A stretch of DNA of 64,000 nucleotides from assembly GCA_000091205.1 (NCBI GenBank), contig AP006501.2; one strand, given 5' to 3'. Both the position numbers and the translations under genes were made by a program. Of this stretch, positions 52,680-64,000 are shown in pieces. Numbering within the stretch: position 1 is the stretch's first letter; each line of letters opens with the position of its first letter. The DNA comes from Cyanidioschyzon merolae (taxonomy: Eukaryota). The notes under the pieces were generated by a model that searched no databases, was not told the origin of the DNA, and was given only the letters and a program-made list of their open reading frames with translations.

Positions 52680-53858
52680 ATGAAAATGTTGTGTTTCCTA
52701 TATACAACACCGGGAGGCTTTTGCGCAAACACCGCGACTGATCTTTTCGTCTCAAACTGCACCGGACGGAGGCGTCACGCACCGCTTGCGCGTAGGTGCT
52801 GGAACGCGCATCACAGGCAGCCGCAAGCAACGCTGCTGGCGCGGCTGCGTCTTTCAGCAAATGAGGGCGACTTTCGACACGCCGACCAGGCACCGCTGGA
52901 ACAGTCTGTGACTCGCCCAGCGAGGCTGTCCAAGGCCGTTCTGGCCCTTGCGCTTGGTCTGTTCGGCGCTACACTCGGTGCGCTGAGTGCATACTCCGCG
53001 CCTAAGCGCTTGTCCATGGAGGGGTCGAACGCCGCGCTAGCCGTAAATCTTTCGTCGTTCCGGCGACGTCGTTCTGGTGTGGAAACCGTCCGGCTGGTTG
53101 CCGCGAAAAAGTCCGCCCCTGTGGAAAACCTCACACTGTACGACCCGGTCGGCGAGCAGATGGCCAGGAACCGTTTCATAGCCAGTATCGTTGTTGGGGT
53201 GACCGTCGCTGCCCTCTACCTCTACTCTACTGAACGTTGCAAAAGAGATAACGAGGAGGAAGAGAAACGCATTCGGGCTGAGGTGGCTCGTCTGGAGAAA
53301 TGGAAGTCGGAGTTCGTGGACGCACAACAAAGCAACGATGTGAATGACGAGGATCTCTTGGCCGCACTGCGTGAGCGTCTTCAGCAACAGCAGAAGGGAG
53401 GCAGCACCGATATTGCAGATCCTGATCAGCAGAAGCAAAATACGTCCGAGTCCGACGCTGACAACGACGACGACAACGACATCAAACTACGAAGAGGTGA
53501 CGATTCCCCCAGCGAGCATCCTGATTCCGACAAGCGCGGCGGGAAGCATGGACCATCCATGCCGCCTTCGACCGAGCAACCACGTGCTGGCTCCGGCGGA
53601 GCCGCAACACTCGATCGACCTGGAGCTGATCGGGGAAGACGGTCCAGTCGCGGACGCTCCATGGACAGTCGCAGTGGACGGCACAGCTCGAGCGACGATA
53701 AGAACCCCAACGCCAATGACGGTCGTGCGGGTAACGACTCCCAGCGGGACAGCACTGCGAATTGGGACCTCGAACGCGAGCGCCTTCGCAAACTCTTTAA
53801 CCTTGATAGTGGCAGTAGCGGCACCGGAAGCGACGATACTCGCAAAGGCGATCGCTAA
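52680..53858 (+). CDS. hypothetical membrane protein (two predicted TM helices, acidic/coiled C-terminal half)
   Basis: Long single-frame ORF with ALALGLFGATLGALSAY and FIASIVVGVTVAALYLY hydrophobic segments and EEEEKRIRAEVARLEKWK. No homolog recognised; the ORF opens with TTG and the true start is uncertain. Confidence 0.35.
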   Translation: MKMLCFLYTTPGGFCANTATDLFVSNCTGRRRHAPLARRCWNAHHRQPQATLLARLRLSANEGDFRHADQAPLEQSVTRPARLSKAVLALALGLFGATLGALSAYSAPKRLSMEGSNAALAVNLSSFRRRRSGVETVRLVAAKKSAPVENLTLYDPVGEQMARNRFIASIVVGVTVAALYLYSTERCKRDNEEEEKRIRAEVARLEKWKSEFVDAQQSNDVNDEDLLAALRERLQQQQKGGSTDIADPDQQKQNTSESDADNDDDNDIKLRRGDDSPSEHPDSDKRGGKHGPSMPPSTEQPRAGSGGAATLDRPGADRGRRSSRGRSMDSRSGRHSSSDDKNPNANDGRAGNDSQRDSTANWDLERERLRKLFNLDSGSSGTGSDDTRKGDR

Positions 53859-54002
53859 ACAACAGCATTTGGGACGAATTCGCGCTGCTGATCTGGACCG
53901 TTCCTGGGAAGCATACCATGCTCTGGACACGTTCGTGTCTAACACGGCATGAGCGCCTATGAGGCAGCGCATCGGTGTCCGCAGGAGACGTTGCACACAG
54001 TC

Positions 54003-54022
54003 TGTGTGTGTGTGTGTGTGTG
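54003..54022. repeat. (TG)n dinucleotide microsatellite
   Basis: tgtgtgtgtgtgtgtgtgtg seen directly. Confidence 0.8.
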
Positions 54023-54814
54023 CTTGCATATATTCGCCGGGTACCCGTTGACCAGTGCTCCGTTGGCTGCTTCGCTGGCGGGTCACGAAAGCGGGACAAG
54101 TGCTTGCTGCACGGATGCAGCGCCTGATCACCTCAAGAGTTTGACAAGAGATTCGTCGTAAATGTTGCTGCCACTGTATGGAAACAGACAGAGAGAGAGT
54201 TTACCCGCGTGTGCGAACGCGCCTCACGAATTCATGACGCATGATATCCGCTGGATTTTGTCTGGGGCCACAGCCCGTGCATCCTAAACAGGCTCTGATC
54301 GCAAGTGCACCGCAATACCGATTCCGCCAGTGAAACCGAAATGTCTTTTTGCTGGAAGCGGGCCAACGTATCAGCAATAGCAACAGCAGTACCAGTATGA
54401 GCTATTCCTTGACACATTTGACCCGCATGCCCGCGTTATAACAGGTAGCGAACACGGTAGTAAATGCTGCAGCGAGACGCAACTGGTGAACCGTCAGCGG
54501 GTATTGTCTTTCCATCACGGCTGACGAGCTTCCAGTGTCTCGCAATGAAAGCGGTGGTCGGACGCGACCGCGCGGCATCCGCATCGAAGCCTTTGTGGAG
54601 GGCGGCATGTCCGCCGTCACCGATAACCAGAATGATGCATCTACTGCGCCATTTATCGTTCATGTTTTGGAGACGGCAAACCGCCGATCCGCTCATTGGG
54701 TAAATGGACAGAGGAACGTTTTTCAGGGCGCTCGAATCTGCTCGGTCCGAGGCGTTGCTCGTGTAATGTCTCGTACGGCTCTGCGGGCATGTGAAGCGTC
54801 ACCCTGCGCATCCT

Positions 54815-55483
54815 TCAAGAGCGCTTAGAATGCGCATTCGTTACGACTTGAGCCGCCTCCGTAAAACCCTCTTGCGCCAACATGTCGAAGAGTTTGCGCA
54901 TACGGGCGCGGTTCGTGCCCATGTCAGACCGCCCAATGCGCGATGCACTACGAAAGTGGATCACGTGTGTTGCGTCATCCACGAGACATTCCACATCATC
55001 AACGAATCCCCAAAAACGAGTCTGAAACTCGGCATACAGATATTTGCCCGGTTTGTATGTTATGATCTTGCTGGTTTCCGGTCCAGGATATCGTTGAACC
55101 GCTTCGTACACCCGCTGCAGCGCCTGCAAGGCACCCATCGTCGATGGATAGCGCCACGGAGGCTCAAAACAACTCGTGTTCGGCATATCGCGACTAGAGA
55201 CGCAGTTCTGAGCGTTCGGCCGACAACGACTTACCGTGCCATGGCCAACCGTGGACGGGCGTGGCGCTCGCACAGCGAGTCCGTAACGCCGCGGTCCCCA
55301 TGAGTTTTCGCTTTGCTCGGCACCCCGGCTCTCAGGCGGCCAGAAAAGCAGGCCCAAAAGTGTCACGGCGCTAAGGCCAAGAATGTAGAGAAGGAACCGT
55401 CGCTCGCGCGACTTTCGTTGTACACTTCGTAGAACACGGTCTGAGGTGCGCGGCAGCGAGTCCACGCCCGGATGAGGCGCCAT
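54815..55483 (-). CDS. DUF1499-family protein
   Basis: C-terminal LYAEFQTRFWGFVDDVECLVDDATHVIHFRSASRIGRSDMGTNRARMRKL matches the DUF1499 signature (YAEF..FGFVDDVEF...FRSASR.G.SDFGVNR.R). The start was set to the in-frame ATG (MAPHPG), and a TM segment follows. Confidence 0.55.
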   Translation of the reverse strand: MAPHPGVDSLPRTSDRVLRSVQRKSRERRFLLYILGLSAVTLLGLLFWPPESRGAEQSENSWGPRRYGLAVRAPRPSTVGHGTVSRCRPNAQNCVSSRDMPNTSCFEPPWRYPSTMGALQALQRVYEAVQRYPGPETSKIITYKPGKYLYAEFQTRFWGFVDDVECLVDDATHVIHFRSASRIGRSDMGTNRARMRKLFDMLAQEGFTEAAQVVTNAHSKRS

Positions 55484-56319
55484 GAGCGGCTGGTTCTTGC
55501 TATTGGCGCTCGCCGAGAGCTCGGAGACAGCGTTTACCTTCGATTTTAGCGGCCGTACGTGCAACCGCCTTCCATGCTCCCCTGTACGAAAGCGCTGCCT
55601 CCGTAAACGCACACCGCTGCAACGTCTGCGCAGCGTTTGGCGCGAGCCGCTAGGCGAACCGTGCCGGCCCTTCCAGAAAAAACGTCCCGGAATCCCAAAG
55701 AGTATACCAGTCGTTCCAATGACGCTATTTAGAATTCGCTGAGTTGAAACGTTACCCGTGGACACGTCCAGTGTCTCCGTTCCGGAGCGAGTGATAGAAG
55801 CGCGCTTCGAGCAACGCAGTCGCCAGCGGAGGCACTGCATACAAAAGCTGCAATACAAAGGATTGTCTGCGATGCGCAATCGCCATGCGCTGTGGAGTCG
55901 TCACAGAGAAGGACAGGCACTGCCCATTTACTAATTGCGACTGTTCCAAATGAAGACAAGTCGCCAGGAACTAGCAACTAGATAACATTTCGTTCCACCT
56001 TCATGGTAAGCGTTGCAAAAGGGGAACTTTTTCCGTATTTTCGAAAGATTACCTTCGAGGCGGAAAGTCCCTCGCGCCAGACGAGTCTGCAGGGTTGGTG
56101 CTTGAAGCTATTCCCAGCGGCGGGTACAGTGCCGAGACCTCATTAGCTCGTCCACAACGCAGTTATTTTGGGACTTGGGGCGCCAAGGCTGCATCCAGGT
56201 ATTGGCTTGGTCGCAGTGGTCCCCTAACATATCGGTCCGTGCTGTCGCAAGCAGTATTTCTGGCTGCGCAGCTTGCAGGCTCCCAAATTGATGTTGAGTC
56301 CTGATTCTGTGACTTGTGA

Positions 56320-56620
56320 ACCATGACGCGAGTCGAAGCCCTCTGCGATACAGCAAAACTGTTCTGTCTCCATGTTGCATCCACACCAGCGGTATAGGCG
56401 GTATAGCGGCTGCAGCAAGGCAGGTACTCGGCGCATGATACAACATTCAAATCGACCAGTACACCCCCGAGAAAAAGTATGCATCATGGAACTTGAAAGT
56501 AGGTTGCATCATGATGGGCACACTCCCGAATGCCAATATCCATCCCGCAATCTGGTATCCCTACTCCATGGAAACATTCTGTCAACCAAAAGAATCGTCG
56601 TGCGGTCGATTGGCGCGCTG
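56320..56620 (-). repeat. conserved structured module, copy 4 (solo, inverted relative to copy 3, which lies 4.5 kb away)
   Basis: 56320-56620 is the reverse complement of 51556-51835 at about 95% identity. It ends exactly at the ctcgag motif with no adjacent Fanzor sequence. Confidence 0.6.
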
Positions 56621-57258
56621 GGGCGCTACGAAGCACGCATCGCATGTCTTGCGGGATCGAAGCGTCCAGCCAGGAATCCCCTCAGTGCGCACTTGACATC
56701 GGCAGCGGAGGCAAAAACCACCGCTCCATTCAAATCCAAAGCTCCCTGGTTCCATCACTCACCACCAAATAACCCGCCATGAAGCATCCCGATACCTATT
56801 GCGTGCCTCGTGGTCCCGTTGCATCGTTTGCAGATGCAGGATCGAGACATCGACCGAGATTCCCCGGCGGATGCGCGATTGCTCTCAGAAACCACATGAT
56901 AGAGCACCGCTCCATCCGAAACACCTCAAGTTCCGCAAACCCTGGGCCAGTACGCAACAACGGACACTGGGATTCGTTCCGTTCAACAACATGGGTCCTT
57001 CCAGGTATCGCGCACGCCTCAGGCGCTCGCTGTGACACAGTGCATGGGCCTGCACCACGCGGTTGCGCGGCGGTTGCACGCGCACCGAGGCGCCCCGACG
57101 AGCGCCGACTCGGCGATTCTGGATGCGTGCGCTGGTGTCGCATTCTGCAGCGATGCATCCGTGCCCTGGGCCTCGAGACACGTGTCCGGCATACAACATG
57201 CATGCACGCATGCATGTTGCACAGCGCCAAGTTTGGCATAGCGCGGGAGCTGCTCTGA

Positions 57259-58599
57259 ATGGACAGGCACTCGACAACACAACTGCCATACCTCTGCAAC
57301 TGGTGCTTGGGCCAGGTCTCTAATCAGGACCAAGCGGTATTTACTGACTGCGCATGCTTGTTTTGCTCTGGAACGTGTGCTTCCCAGTTGCGTCGGGGTC
57401 CGCTGTGTAGCGTCTGTGCGCAACCCGGTTGCCGCCTCTATCGCGTTGGAAAAGATGGGAGCGGCCTGCCGCTAACCCACCGACGGTGTCTATTCGCCAG
57501 CGCTGCGAGCCTTATCGATGAGATGCAGCGTGCACTCGCTTTTCGTGAAGCACAGCTCCAACGATTGCGGGAGCGCATCCTGGATCGAGGCGTCACCGAA
57601 GGGATGCGCTCGACAGCGCAAGCAGAGAAGCGTGCGCAGCGCTCGAGTCGTGCTCCAGAGGCCAGTGTATTTGCACTGGGGATGCCCGGGCATATCCATC
57701 AAATCCACGCTGCCGTGTCGCAAAACGGATCGAAAGACATCGCCCACTGGGAAGCGCAAGCCTCTACTGCCACGCCTATTTCCAGAGCGCAGCAGCAGCA
57801 GCAGCAGCAGCAGCGTGCAGCCCTGTCATGTGTGAGACGTAATGCAGCTGCGGAAAAAGCGGAAACGCTGCGTTCTGCGGATGTACGTTCCGCCGTGGCA
57901 GCACTCGAGCGAAGCACACAAGCATCCGGCGTATCGTCGTCGGTGCGGACGGTACGTTCGCAGCAAACGGTCCGCTCGTATGGCGACCGTTTGGAGCGTA
58001 TTCGAGAACAGATGCTGTATGGACCCTATCGGCGGCAGCTTCAGTCAGAAAGAACACCTCTGGTGCCGCCCGTGCCTCGTTCAGGAATTTCGTACATCGG
58101 CCGTGCGCGCCTTGGCCTGCCACCGGCTGGCGATCGACGCCAATCCGCTCTTCATCGAGCAAATATCCCTGGACTGGCCACCAAGCGCATATGGAAACAA
58201 CGTTCGGCTTCGGCTTCGAACTGGATGCATGCTCCCGGTTCGGCTGCTGTCCAAGCGTCTTCGTCAGGCGCGGGTTCTATTGTGTCAACGCACTGTCAGG
58301 GGTCCAGAGTTGTATCCTCCGAGGTACAGCGTGTACCGTCGGAGATCTCGACGATTCGCCCGACCGCATTGTCCATGAATCCATTGCACTGGTTGAACTG
58401 GAAGAGCGCTGATCGTCGACCGGCGAATGTGCAGCATCAGGCATACGAAGAAGAACAGCAACAGCAATCGCAACAGCAGGATGCATGTGCACAGTCCGTG
58501 CAGACCCCACGATCCGCCTCGAGCACAATTCGTAGCACCAAGCCATCACCGACATGCGAGCACCCATCTGCAGCGTATACCGCTCATCGTAGTCCGTAA
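57259..58599 (+). CDS. RING/zinc-finger-like protein with poly-Gln tract
   Basis: N-terminal Cys-rich block CNWCLGQ...CACLFCSGTCASQLRRGPLCSVCAQPGC, then QQQQQQQQ and low-complexity sequence. Real ATG start. The domain assignment is tentative. Confidence 0.45.
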   Translation: MDRHSTTQLPYLCNWCLGQVSNQDQAVFTDCACLFCSGTCASQLRRGPLCSVCAQPGCRLYRVGKDGSGLPLTHRRCLFASAASLIDEMQRALAFREAQLQRLRERILDRGVTEGMRSTAQAEKRAQRSSRAPEASVFALGMPGHIHQIHAAVSQNGSKDIAHWEAQASTATPISRAQQQQQQQQRAALSCVRRNAAAEKAETLRSADVRSAVAALERSTQASGVSSSVRTVRSQQTVRSYGDRLERIREQMLYGPYRRQLQSERTPLVPPVPRSGISYIGRARLGLPPAGDRRQSALHRANIPGLATKRIWKQRSASASNWMHAPGSAAVQASSSGAGSIVSTHCQGSRVVSSEVQRVPSEISTIRPTALSMNPLHWLNWKSADRRPANVQHQAYEEEQQQQSQQQDACAQSVQTPRSASSTIRSTKPSPTCEHPSAAYTAHRSP

Positions 58600-59183
58600 A
58601 CTGTAAACCAAAATCGCGCATTACTCGCAAGGAAACAGTAGCGCTGAAAGAGAAACGTTTCAAGGGCCTGCCGCACATCATGACTGCGGTTTGCATCCAG
58701 CCAGATGCAGGAGCCGGCAATAGCCACAGGAATTGTGCGCGTGACGCCTACATCCCGGGTCTCGCGACATCGACTTGTTCATAAAATGAACGAGTTCGCC
58801 AGCTAACCAACCAGCCAGCCAGCCAGCCAGGTTATTGTACCAGGCTTAAGTGCTCTATAGGATCCCGCATTTCTCAGCATGACGATTGTTGGGTGTGGTA
58901 CCAGTCTAGTCACGGTAACAATTCGACCGGAAACAAACAGACACGGAAACCCAAGAACCCAGCATGCTAGCAGCAAGTTGCGTTTCCGGTGCGGACGACA
59001 AACGAAAAGCCCAAGCACACCCATGCATGCCCGTACAGGAACGTTGTGCAAGTGCGATTCGTGTCTGCACGCGTTGCATTGCCACCAGGAATTCCAGCTC
59101 TCACAAGAAACACGATGGCCAATCGAACGTTCTTTCTCAGCGAACCGCGTACATGCCAATACCGCCGATGCCTCTGATTAGCA

Positions 59184-61409
59184 TCAGTCGTCACGGTACC
59201 GCAGCGAGGCGATGCCGAAGGAGCGGTTTGAATCATCAGGTTGCTCTTCTGACAAGCGTGGCGGTACCAGACCACTGCCCAGGGCAGTCTCTCTGATCGT
59301 CACCGCTCGCGTTAAGAGCTTCTCCGGGTCCAAATTATCCGGTAGCTTGCCGAGGTAGGTAACGACCTCGGGCCCGTCCAATTCCGTTATTTCTTCCTGC
59401 AGCAGGTCGAGTACCGCCAGGCAGACATATGGATGCATTTCAAGACCCGATGATAAATAGAAATCCCATATGCGGAGCGTACTCTCTACCGGCATCTCCC
59501 CGCGTGAAAACAGACCTTGCAGCCAGCCGTGTAGCCATCGCTGGTGCTCGATCTCCTCAGACTCAAAAAAGTCCGCCAAGTCCGGCAGCAAGGTCCGAAA
59601 CAGCATCAAGAAATGCGCCGTAGCTCGAGTCAGACCATCACCATGTGTAGTGAACAGCAGCACATGTCCGAATCGATGCATCAATGCGCAAAACCCATAA
59701 TACACATCCATTTCTCGAGCAGATGTGAATACCTGCACGAATACATGCACCAGGGATACCATGGTGGGTGCGTACTCCACCGGCGTGCCGAGGCTCATCA
59801 GCACATCATTCACTTTTTCCAGTTCCGTAGTTGAGCCGTGTTTCGTATCAAGCGGCATGATTAGCGGCAGGGCCACCATATGTCGCACGCTGAGCTCCAC
59901 GACATAGAGATAGGTACAGAGCACGCTAACGTAACATCGAACAAGTGCAGCATGCGGTGTGCGCATGGCGGACGCCAGCCCTCTAGTCGTGCTGATTCCG
60001 GTTGTGATGCTATCACCGCTGGCGCGTTCCAAGCGACTTCCCGAACAAGTTACATCATTCTCAACAAGTACCTCGGTGCCAGCAGGTACCTCCATTCCGT
60101 CCCTCGCTTCCAGAACACTGCCCTCGCCGATCGTTTGGAGTGTTGCAGCTTCAGCAGATCGCATGGAATTGGTGGCAGATGAGGTCGACTCTGGACTGGA
60201 GCATAGGACCGCCTCATCATGATCCAGCTGTTGCGGTAGCGTGTACTCCATAACGCCACTCTGCGTCGGAGCGGAGGGCGGGCGCGAAGGTGCTTTCACT
60301 GATTCGTCACCGTCCGATAGGCCGTGATACGGCCCAGCCGCTCGCACCAGTCGCGGATTCACCAGGTTGGTCTCGCTACCCACATTTCGCAACGAGCGAT
60401 CTTGTTGCTCTCTGGGCTTGTCCACAACCTGCACATCTGGAGCTCGTTTCTGACTCGGAAACATGCGACCGTGTTGGGAGCTCATGGTTAGCCGGCTTCG
60501 ACGCCACCGACTGTGTTCGATTCGAAGGCGCTCTCGTTCGATACGTCGTTTCGCGTCGTTTCGGATTCGACGGGCGAGGCTTCCGTCCCAGTTGGTACTC
60601 TGCTCCAGTGTCAGGGCAACATGCATCTCGCCTGCGTCATTGAGGAGCGCGGGCTCCGGTCCTTGCATTCCCGTATATTCGAGGCTGCCTCTTCCAAATG
60701 CATTGCAATCAGTCTCCAGATCGGAGTGACCAACCGCCCGTCCCGCTCGTGGGGACGAAGCCTGAACACTCAGGTAGTCACGACCTGTATCCTCGGATAC
60801 AGTCTGGGAGCGTGGCAGAGCCGGCAGCGGTGCGCTGGCGGCAGCTCCACCGGCCGAGAGGAACCCGCCTCTTTCCGAGACCTCAGCGCCGTGCAACGTC
60901 TCCGTCAAACCTTGACCGATCTGCCCGAGCGCTGCGAGCGCCGAACGCCGTAACCGCTGGTATGCTGCTGCGAGCTCCTTTTCGTGGGTGAGCTCCTCGG
61001 ACTTGTCCGCCTTGGCGACTCCGAGGAGGTAACGCCAGACATCGCCGCGAAGCGCGGCAGGTAAGCCTCCGCGAGCGATTTCTGCCAACTTAACCAAGTC
61101 TACGTGCGACTCATCCTCTATAAGTTCTCTTATTTCAGAGATCACACTGTCCGCCAGAGGTAGAGGTCGCTCGTCGGGCGCCCTGCCGTAGGCGACTGGC
61201 TCAGGCGAAATCGTAACGTGAACGTCGTTCCGTTCTACTCGAAATCGTTCTTGTTTGCCGTGTTCCGGGAAGTTGTCTCTGGTTTTAAGTCCCCTGTCGA
61301 CATCGCTCTCGGTGAACATGGAAGACGGCGACGTCGTGACGTCCGCTCGCAAGACCCCGCAGGACGGCTTCCGCAGGTGAGCGTCTGCAAGACTGCGCGT
61401 TTGTACCAT
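59184..61409 (-). CDS. TBC-domain Rab GTPase-activating protein
   Basis: LPAALRGDVWRYLLGV (Arg-finger region) and later MDVYYGFCALMHRFGHVL...TLRIWDFYLSSGLEMHPYVCLAVL, typical of the TBC domain. Real ATG start. Confidence 0.75.
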   Translation of the reverse strand: MVQTRSLADAHLRKPSCGVLRADVTTSPSSMFTESDVDRGLKTRDNFPEHGKQERFRVERNDVHVTISPEPVAYGRAPDERPLPLADSVISEIRELIEDESHVDLVKLAEIARGGLPAALRGDVWRYLLGVAKADKSEELTHEKELAAAYQRLRRSALAALGQIGQGLTETLHGAEVSERGGFLSAGGAAASAPLPALPRSQTVSEDTGRDYLSVQASSPRAGRAVGHSDLETDCNAFGRGSLEYTGMQGPEPALLNDAGEMHVALTLEQSTNWDGSLARRIRNDAKRRIERERLRIEHSRWRRSRLTMSSQHGRMFPSQKRAPDVQVVDKPREQQDRSLRNVGSETNLVNPRLVRAAGPYHGLSDGDESVKAPSRPPSAPTQSGVMEYTLPQQLDHDEAVLCSSPESTSSATNSMRSAEAATLQTIGEGSVLEARDGMEVPAGTEVLVENDVTCSGSRLERASGDSITTGISTTRGLASAMRTPHAALVRCYVSVLCTYLYVVELSVRHMVALPLIMPLDTKHGSTTELEKVNDVLMSLGTPVEYAPTMVSLVHVFVQVFTSAREMDVYYGFCALMHRFGHVLLFTTHGDGLTRATAHFLMLFRTLLPDLADFFESEEIEHQRWLHGWLQGLFSRGEMPVESTLRIWDFYLSSGLEMHPYVCLAVLDLLQEEITELDGPEVVTYLGKLPDNLDPEKLLTRAVTIRETALGSGLVPPRLSEEQPDDSNRSFGIASLRYRDD

Positions 61410-63189
61410 TCAGATAAAATGTCTATTTTGTCCAGAGAACGCAGTGAATGCCGGAACATCTGAACATGCACACCCTTTTTGATCGTATTTGCTGTTCTCG
61501 TAGGTATTCAACAGAAGGAATCTATTCTGTGAATTGGAGAAAAGTTGCGAATAGAGTTTATGCAACCGTCGCCAGCCGGCGTGAAAGAAGACTTTTCGAG
61601 TCAGTCATTCGACGGTTAGAAGCTGGTTAGGGCACGATCCTCATCGACCTTTTCCTAAGCGTCATGCACCCTGGGCAGAAGTTATCAAAGTATACGCATA
61701 GAAAAGAATCCTCTTGAATCCGCACGCTCTCTATGAAAAATCAGTAAAGATGCCAGAGGATGTAGAGCTTCTCTGGCTTTCATACAAACCGGAATAGATA
61801 CGGATAGCCGTTGAAAAATGCACGTTTCTGTGGAAGAACGTCGTGCGATATACCACACGCGATCGACGTGGCATCGACACGCGAACGCTTCGTATACCAA
61901 GGACAGGTGTTCGTTTCCATCGATGATATATTGTGTATTATAATTGGTAGATCCGTATATACGTACTCCAAGATAGGCAAGCGATCGTCCGTAAACAAAT
62001 GATCAGCGAGCATTCCAGCAACTTCTGCACCAGCGGCGATCCAGCGGGTACTCGCCTGGAAATCGCAAAAAGGGCAGGGTCGTTCCACACCTCATTCCTC
62101 GTAGAGGCACCCTGCGAGGTTTCTCTTTGTTGCATTCCTCCGTCCTGCTGTTGGACAACAAAGATTTCCACCACTCGTCAGCAGTCAAAGAGTACGCACC
62201 TGGCATTGTAGCTGAGCTGCACTTTATGCAAGCCTATTCTCCATAGTTCTTACCAGTTGAAGGCATCTTCTGTGGTTTCAAACGTCCTTTGTATGTTCAC
62301 AGATCAATAGACGAGCGTTTCGTATCCGCGGCACTGAAGCTCTCCAGTAAGCTAGTATCTGCATTTTGCAGCCCTGAACTTCTGTGTGGCTTGATCGCTC
62401 GTGCGCGCGACGGTACGGAAGCACCATCTCGATACCCTCCTCCGTTTCTGCGCTCAGTGTCGTACCCGACGATCAAGGGCGTTTTCCGGGCGATGACCCT
62501 GGCAAGCGCTCAGTCCAATATAGGTGCAAGCGTACGCTATTTCATTCGATAGAGGATTTGGGGAACGTGATGTTTTCCATGATGAGACAGGCGCCGAAAA
62601 CAAATTCCAGGCTAGAGATCAAGTCAAAAAGCTCGATCCCTCTACGCTTCCTCTACTGGGCGCAACCGCTGCGGTCACTAATGTCCGCGTCCCAGGCTCT
62701 TGTCCATGCAATCCGAAGAGATGAGAGCCCGTCACGGCCTATACTGTGCGAGGTACAATGGTGCTGTCGAAAGCCATGTGTCCTATGCCCCAAAATTAAG
62801 AAGGATTGGTCTATCGAACATAGGGACTAAGTTGACAAGAAAAATTCAGCAATCTTTTGGCATGAGCTTGTGAACCAGCTTTCAAAAGTCCGTATCGCGT
62901 TTTTCGTTCCTTCGTCACTCCAGTGGCAAGAATCGCTGCGCTCACGAGTTGCCTAGAAACAGCAAGATTGGAAACGTGAAGCATGCATCAATTGAGCACA
63001 CCATATGTATGGAATGGGCAAGCATAGAGGCTCTTACATGAGCGTTGGATCATGATATCGGTCATGTTCTGATCCTCTCTTGAGGGCGTCGGGAATCATC
63101 CTGATGCCGCTGACCTACGTCTTCGTGAAACGAGAACGGTTTCACGACCGTGGAGAGCAAATTCGGACTGAATCGTAGGGATGCCTCCC

Positions 63190-63600
63190 AGCCGTTTTTG
63201 ACCGGCTGCCATATTCTCGATCCAGTTTTTGTCCAGGTAAACTTCGAGCCAGGCAGACTGCCCCACAAAGTTACATCGCGTCAGCTACGCGGGTTTCGTC
63301 ATTAGTACCATAAATCGTCTCATGTGGATGATGTTCTTCAAGTCTAGGATCACAAACTCCATGCGTTCGTTGCATCTAGTTGAACTCACTAGTCCAAAGA
63401 TTCCTCGAACTCGAGCGCGCAGTGCCATTTGGTGCTCTGTCAGCTCTGCGCGCTTTTCTGTCGCAGAATCGCTCCGCCGGCTCTTCTCCATTTCGTTCCT
63501 CTGAAGTATACGCCCCAGTTCATCCATTAGATTTTCTCTTTCGTCAAGCGAACATACTTCCTCACGCTCTTAGGTCAGGAGTTTCCCAGAGGATCGAAAG
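63190..63600 (-). pseudogene. degenerate Fanzor/TnpB C-terminal fragment (zinc ligands and RuvC-III decayed)
   Basis: ORF 63285-63527 (-): MDELGRILQRNEMEKSRRSDSATEKRAELTEHQMALRARVRGIFGLVSSTRCNERMEFVILDLKNIIHM. This aligns with copy 1 HELGCTLETVDMEKCQRSPEDMKKYGALTEEQMDRRAKVRGLLALVSTINGKKRMEIVNRDFNAATNI. The 3' nucleotides ggcagccggtcaaaaacggctgggaggcatcc match the family terminus. Confidence 0.55.
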
Positions 63601-64000
63601 TCTTGCAAAAGAAAGACGAAATGTGCCCTGGTGTGTCACCGTGTGCTGAAAGCTTCAGCGATTCGCCCAGTGTAGCGATCATTACGTTTTATGAGAGAAA
63701 ACACTCTTTCGATGGGCTTGAACCACGGGGCGCACGAAAGAATATGAAAAGCAGCTCTATTCCGATAGAATCGGCAAAAACTCGAACGCATGTTTAATGG
63801 CGAAATGCCACGTCGTCCAATAGACGGACGTCGGCAGACATCAGGGGAAAAGTCTTCAATGATCCAATAAAGTGGGTGCTGTTGTGTGAGCTTTCTCTGA
63901 GAGCGAAACTGAGGCCGCGAAATGAATCCCCTGCAGCAAAAAGAGATGATATCCTGGTTGTCTTCGGGTTCCATGGGAGATACAACAGGTACCCTGCTCC

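Noticed and set aside
1-64000. CRISPR arrays, rRNA genes, tRNA genes
   Set aside because: No short regularly spaced direct repeats. No rRNA-like conserved stretches. A by-eye scan for T-loop GTTCGAATC-type motifs gave no convincing cloverleaf candidates. A proper tRNAscan is still needed.

Overview
The window is GC-rich, gene-dense, intron-poor nuclear DNA from a unicellular, plastid-bearing eukaryote. The supporting genes are a double-GroES Cpn20, a bacterial-type GluRS, RimM and SfsA with N-terminal extensions, an isoamylase and a thiopurine/halide methyltransferase. The taxon is uncertain, possibly a GC-rich intron-poor alga; this is inference only. The ORF track translates GTG/TTG/CTG starts as M, so I re-derived first in-frame ATGs by hand; the manual coordinates can be off by 1 bp in places. 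About 16 host genes are recognisable: ARP6-like, RRM protein, Cpn20, RPS3a, SfsA-like, HOL/TPMT methyltransferase, organellar GluRS, RimM-like, MRG/chromo protein, 6PGDH, isoamylase, PWP2, FAD synthetase, DUF1499, RING-like and TBC Rab-GAP. The most striking content is a family of TnpB/Fanzor-like (OMEGA-type, RuvC) nuclease elements. Two are about 3.3 kb, near-identical and nearly full length (8287-11616 and 38985-42308). Three are short degenerate C-terminal fragments (27865-28135, 51836-52260, 63190-63600). A conserved ~300-nt module with internal hairpins occurs at least 5 times, always in 5' intergenic regions near gene starts, and twice directly abuts Fanzor 3' ends. It is a candidate omega-RNA scaffold, transposon end or MITE, or a Fanzor homing target. 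Two further large repeat structures flank housekeeping gene pairs: a 1.35-kb perfect inverted repeat around Cpn20 and RPS3a, and a 1.19-kb direct repeat around RimM and MRG. There are also several microsatellites. No CRISPR array, rRNA gene or convincing tRNA gene was found by eye.
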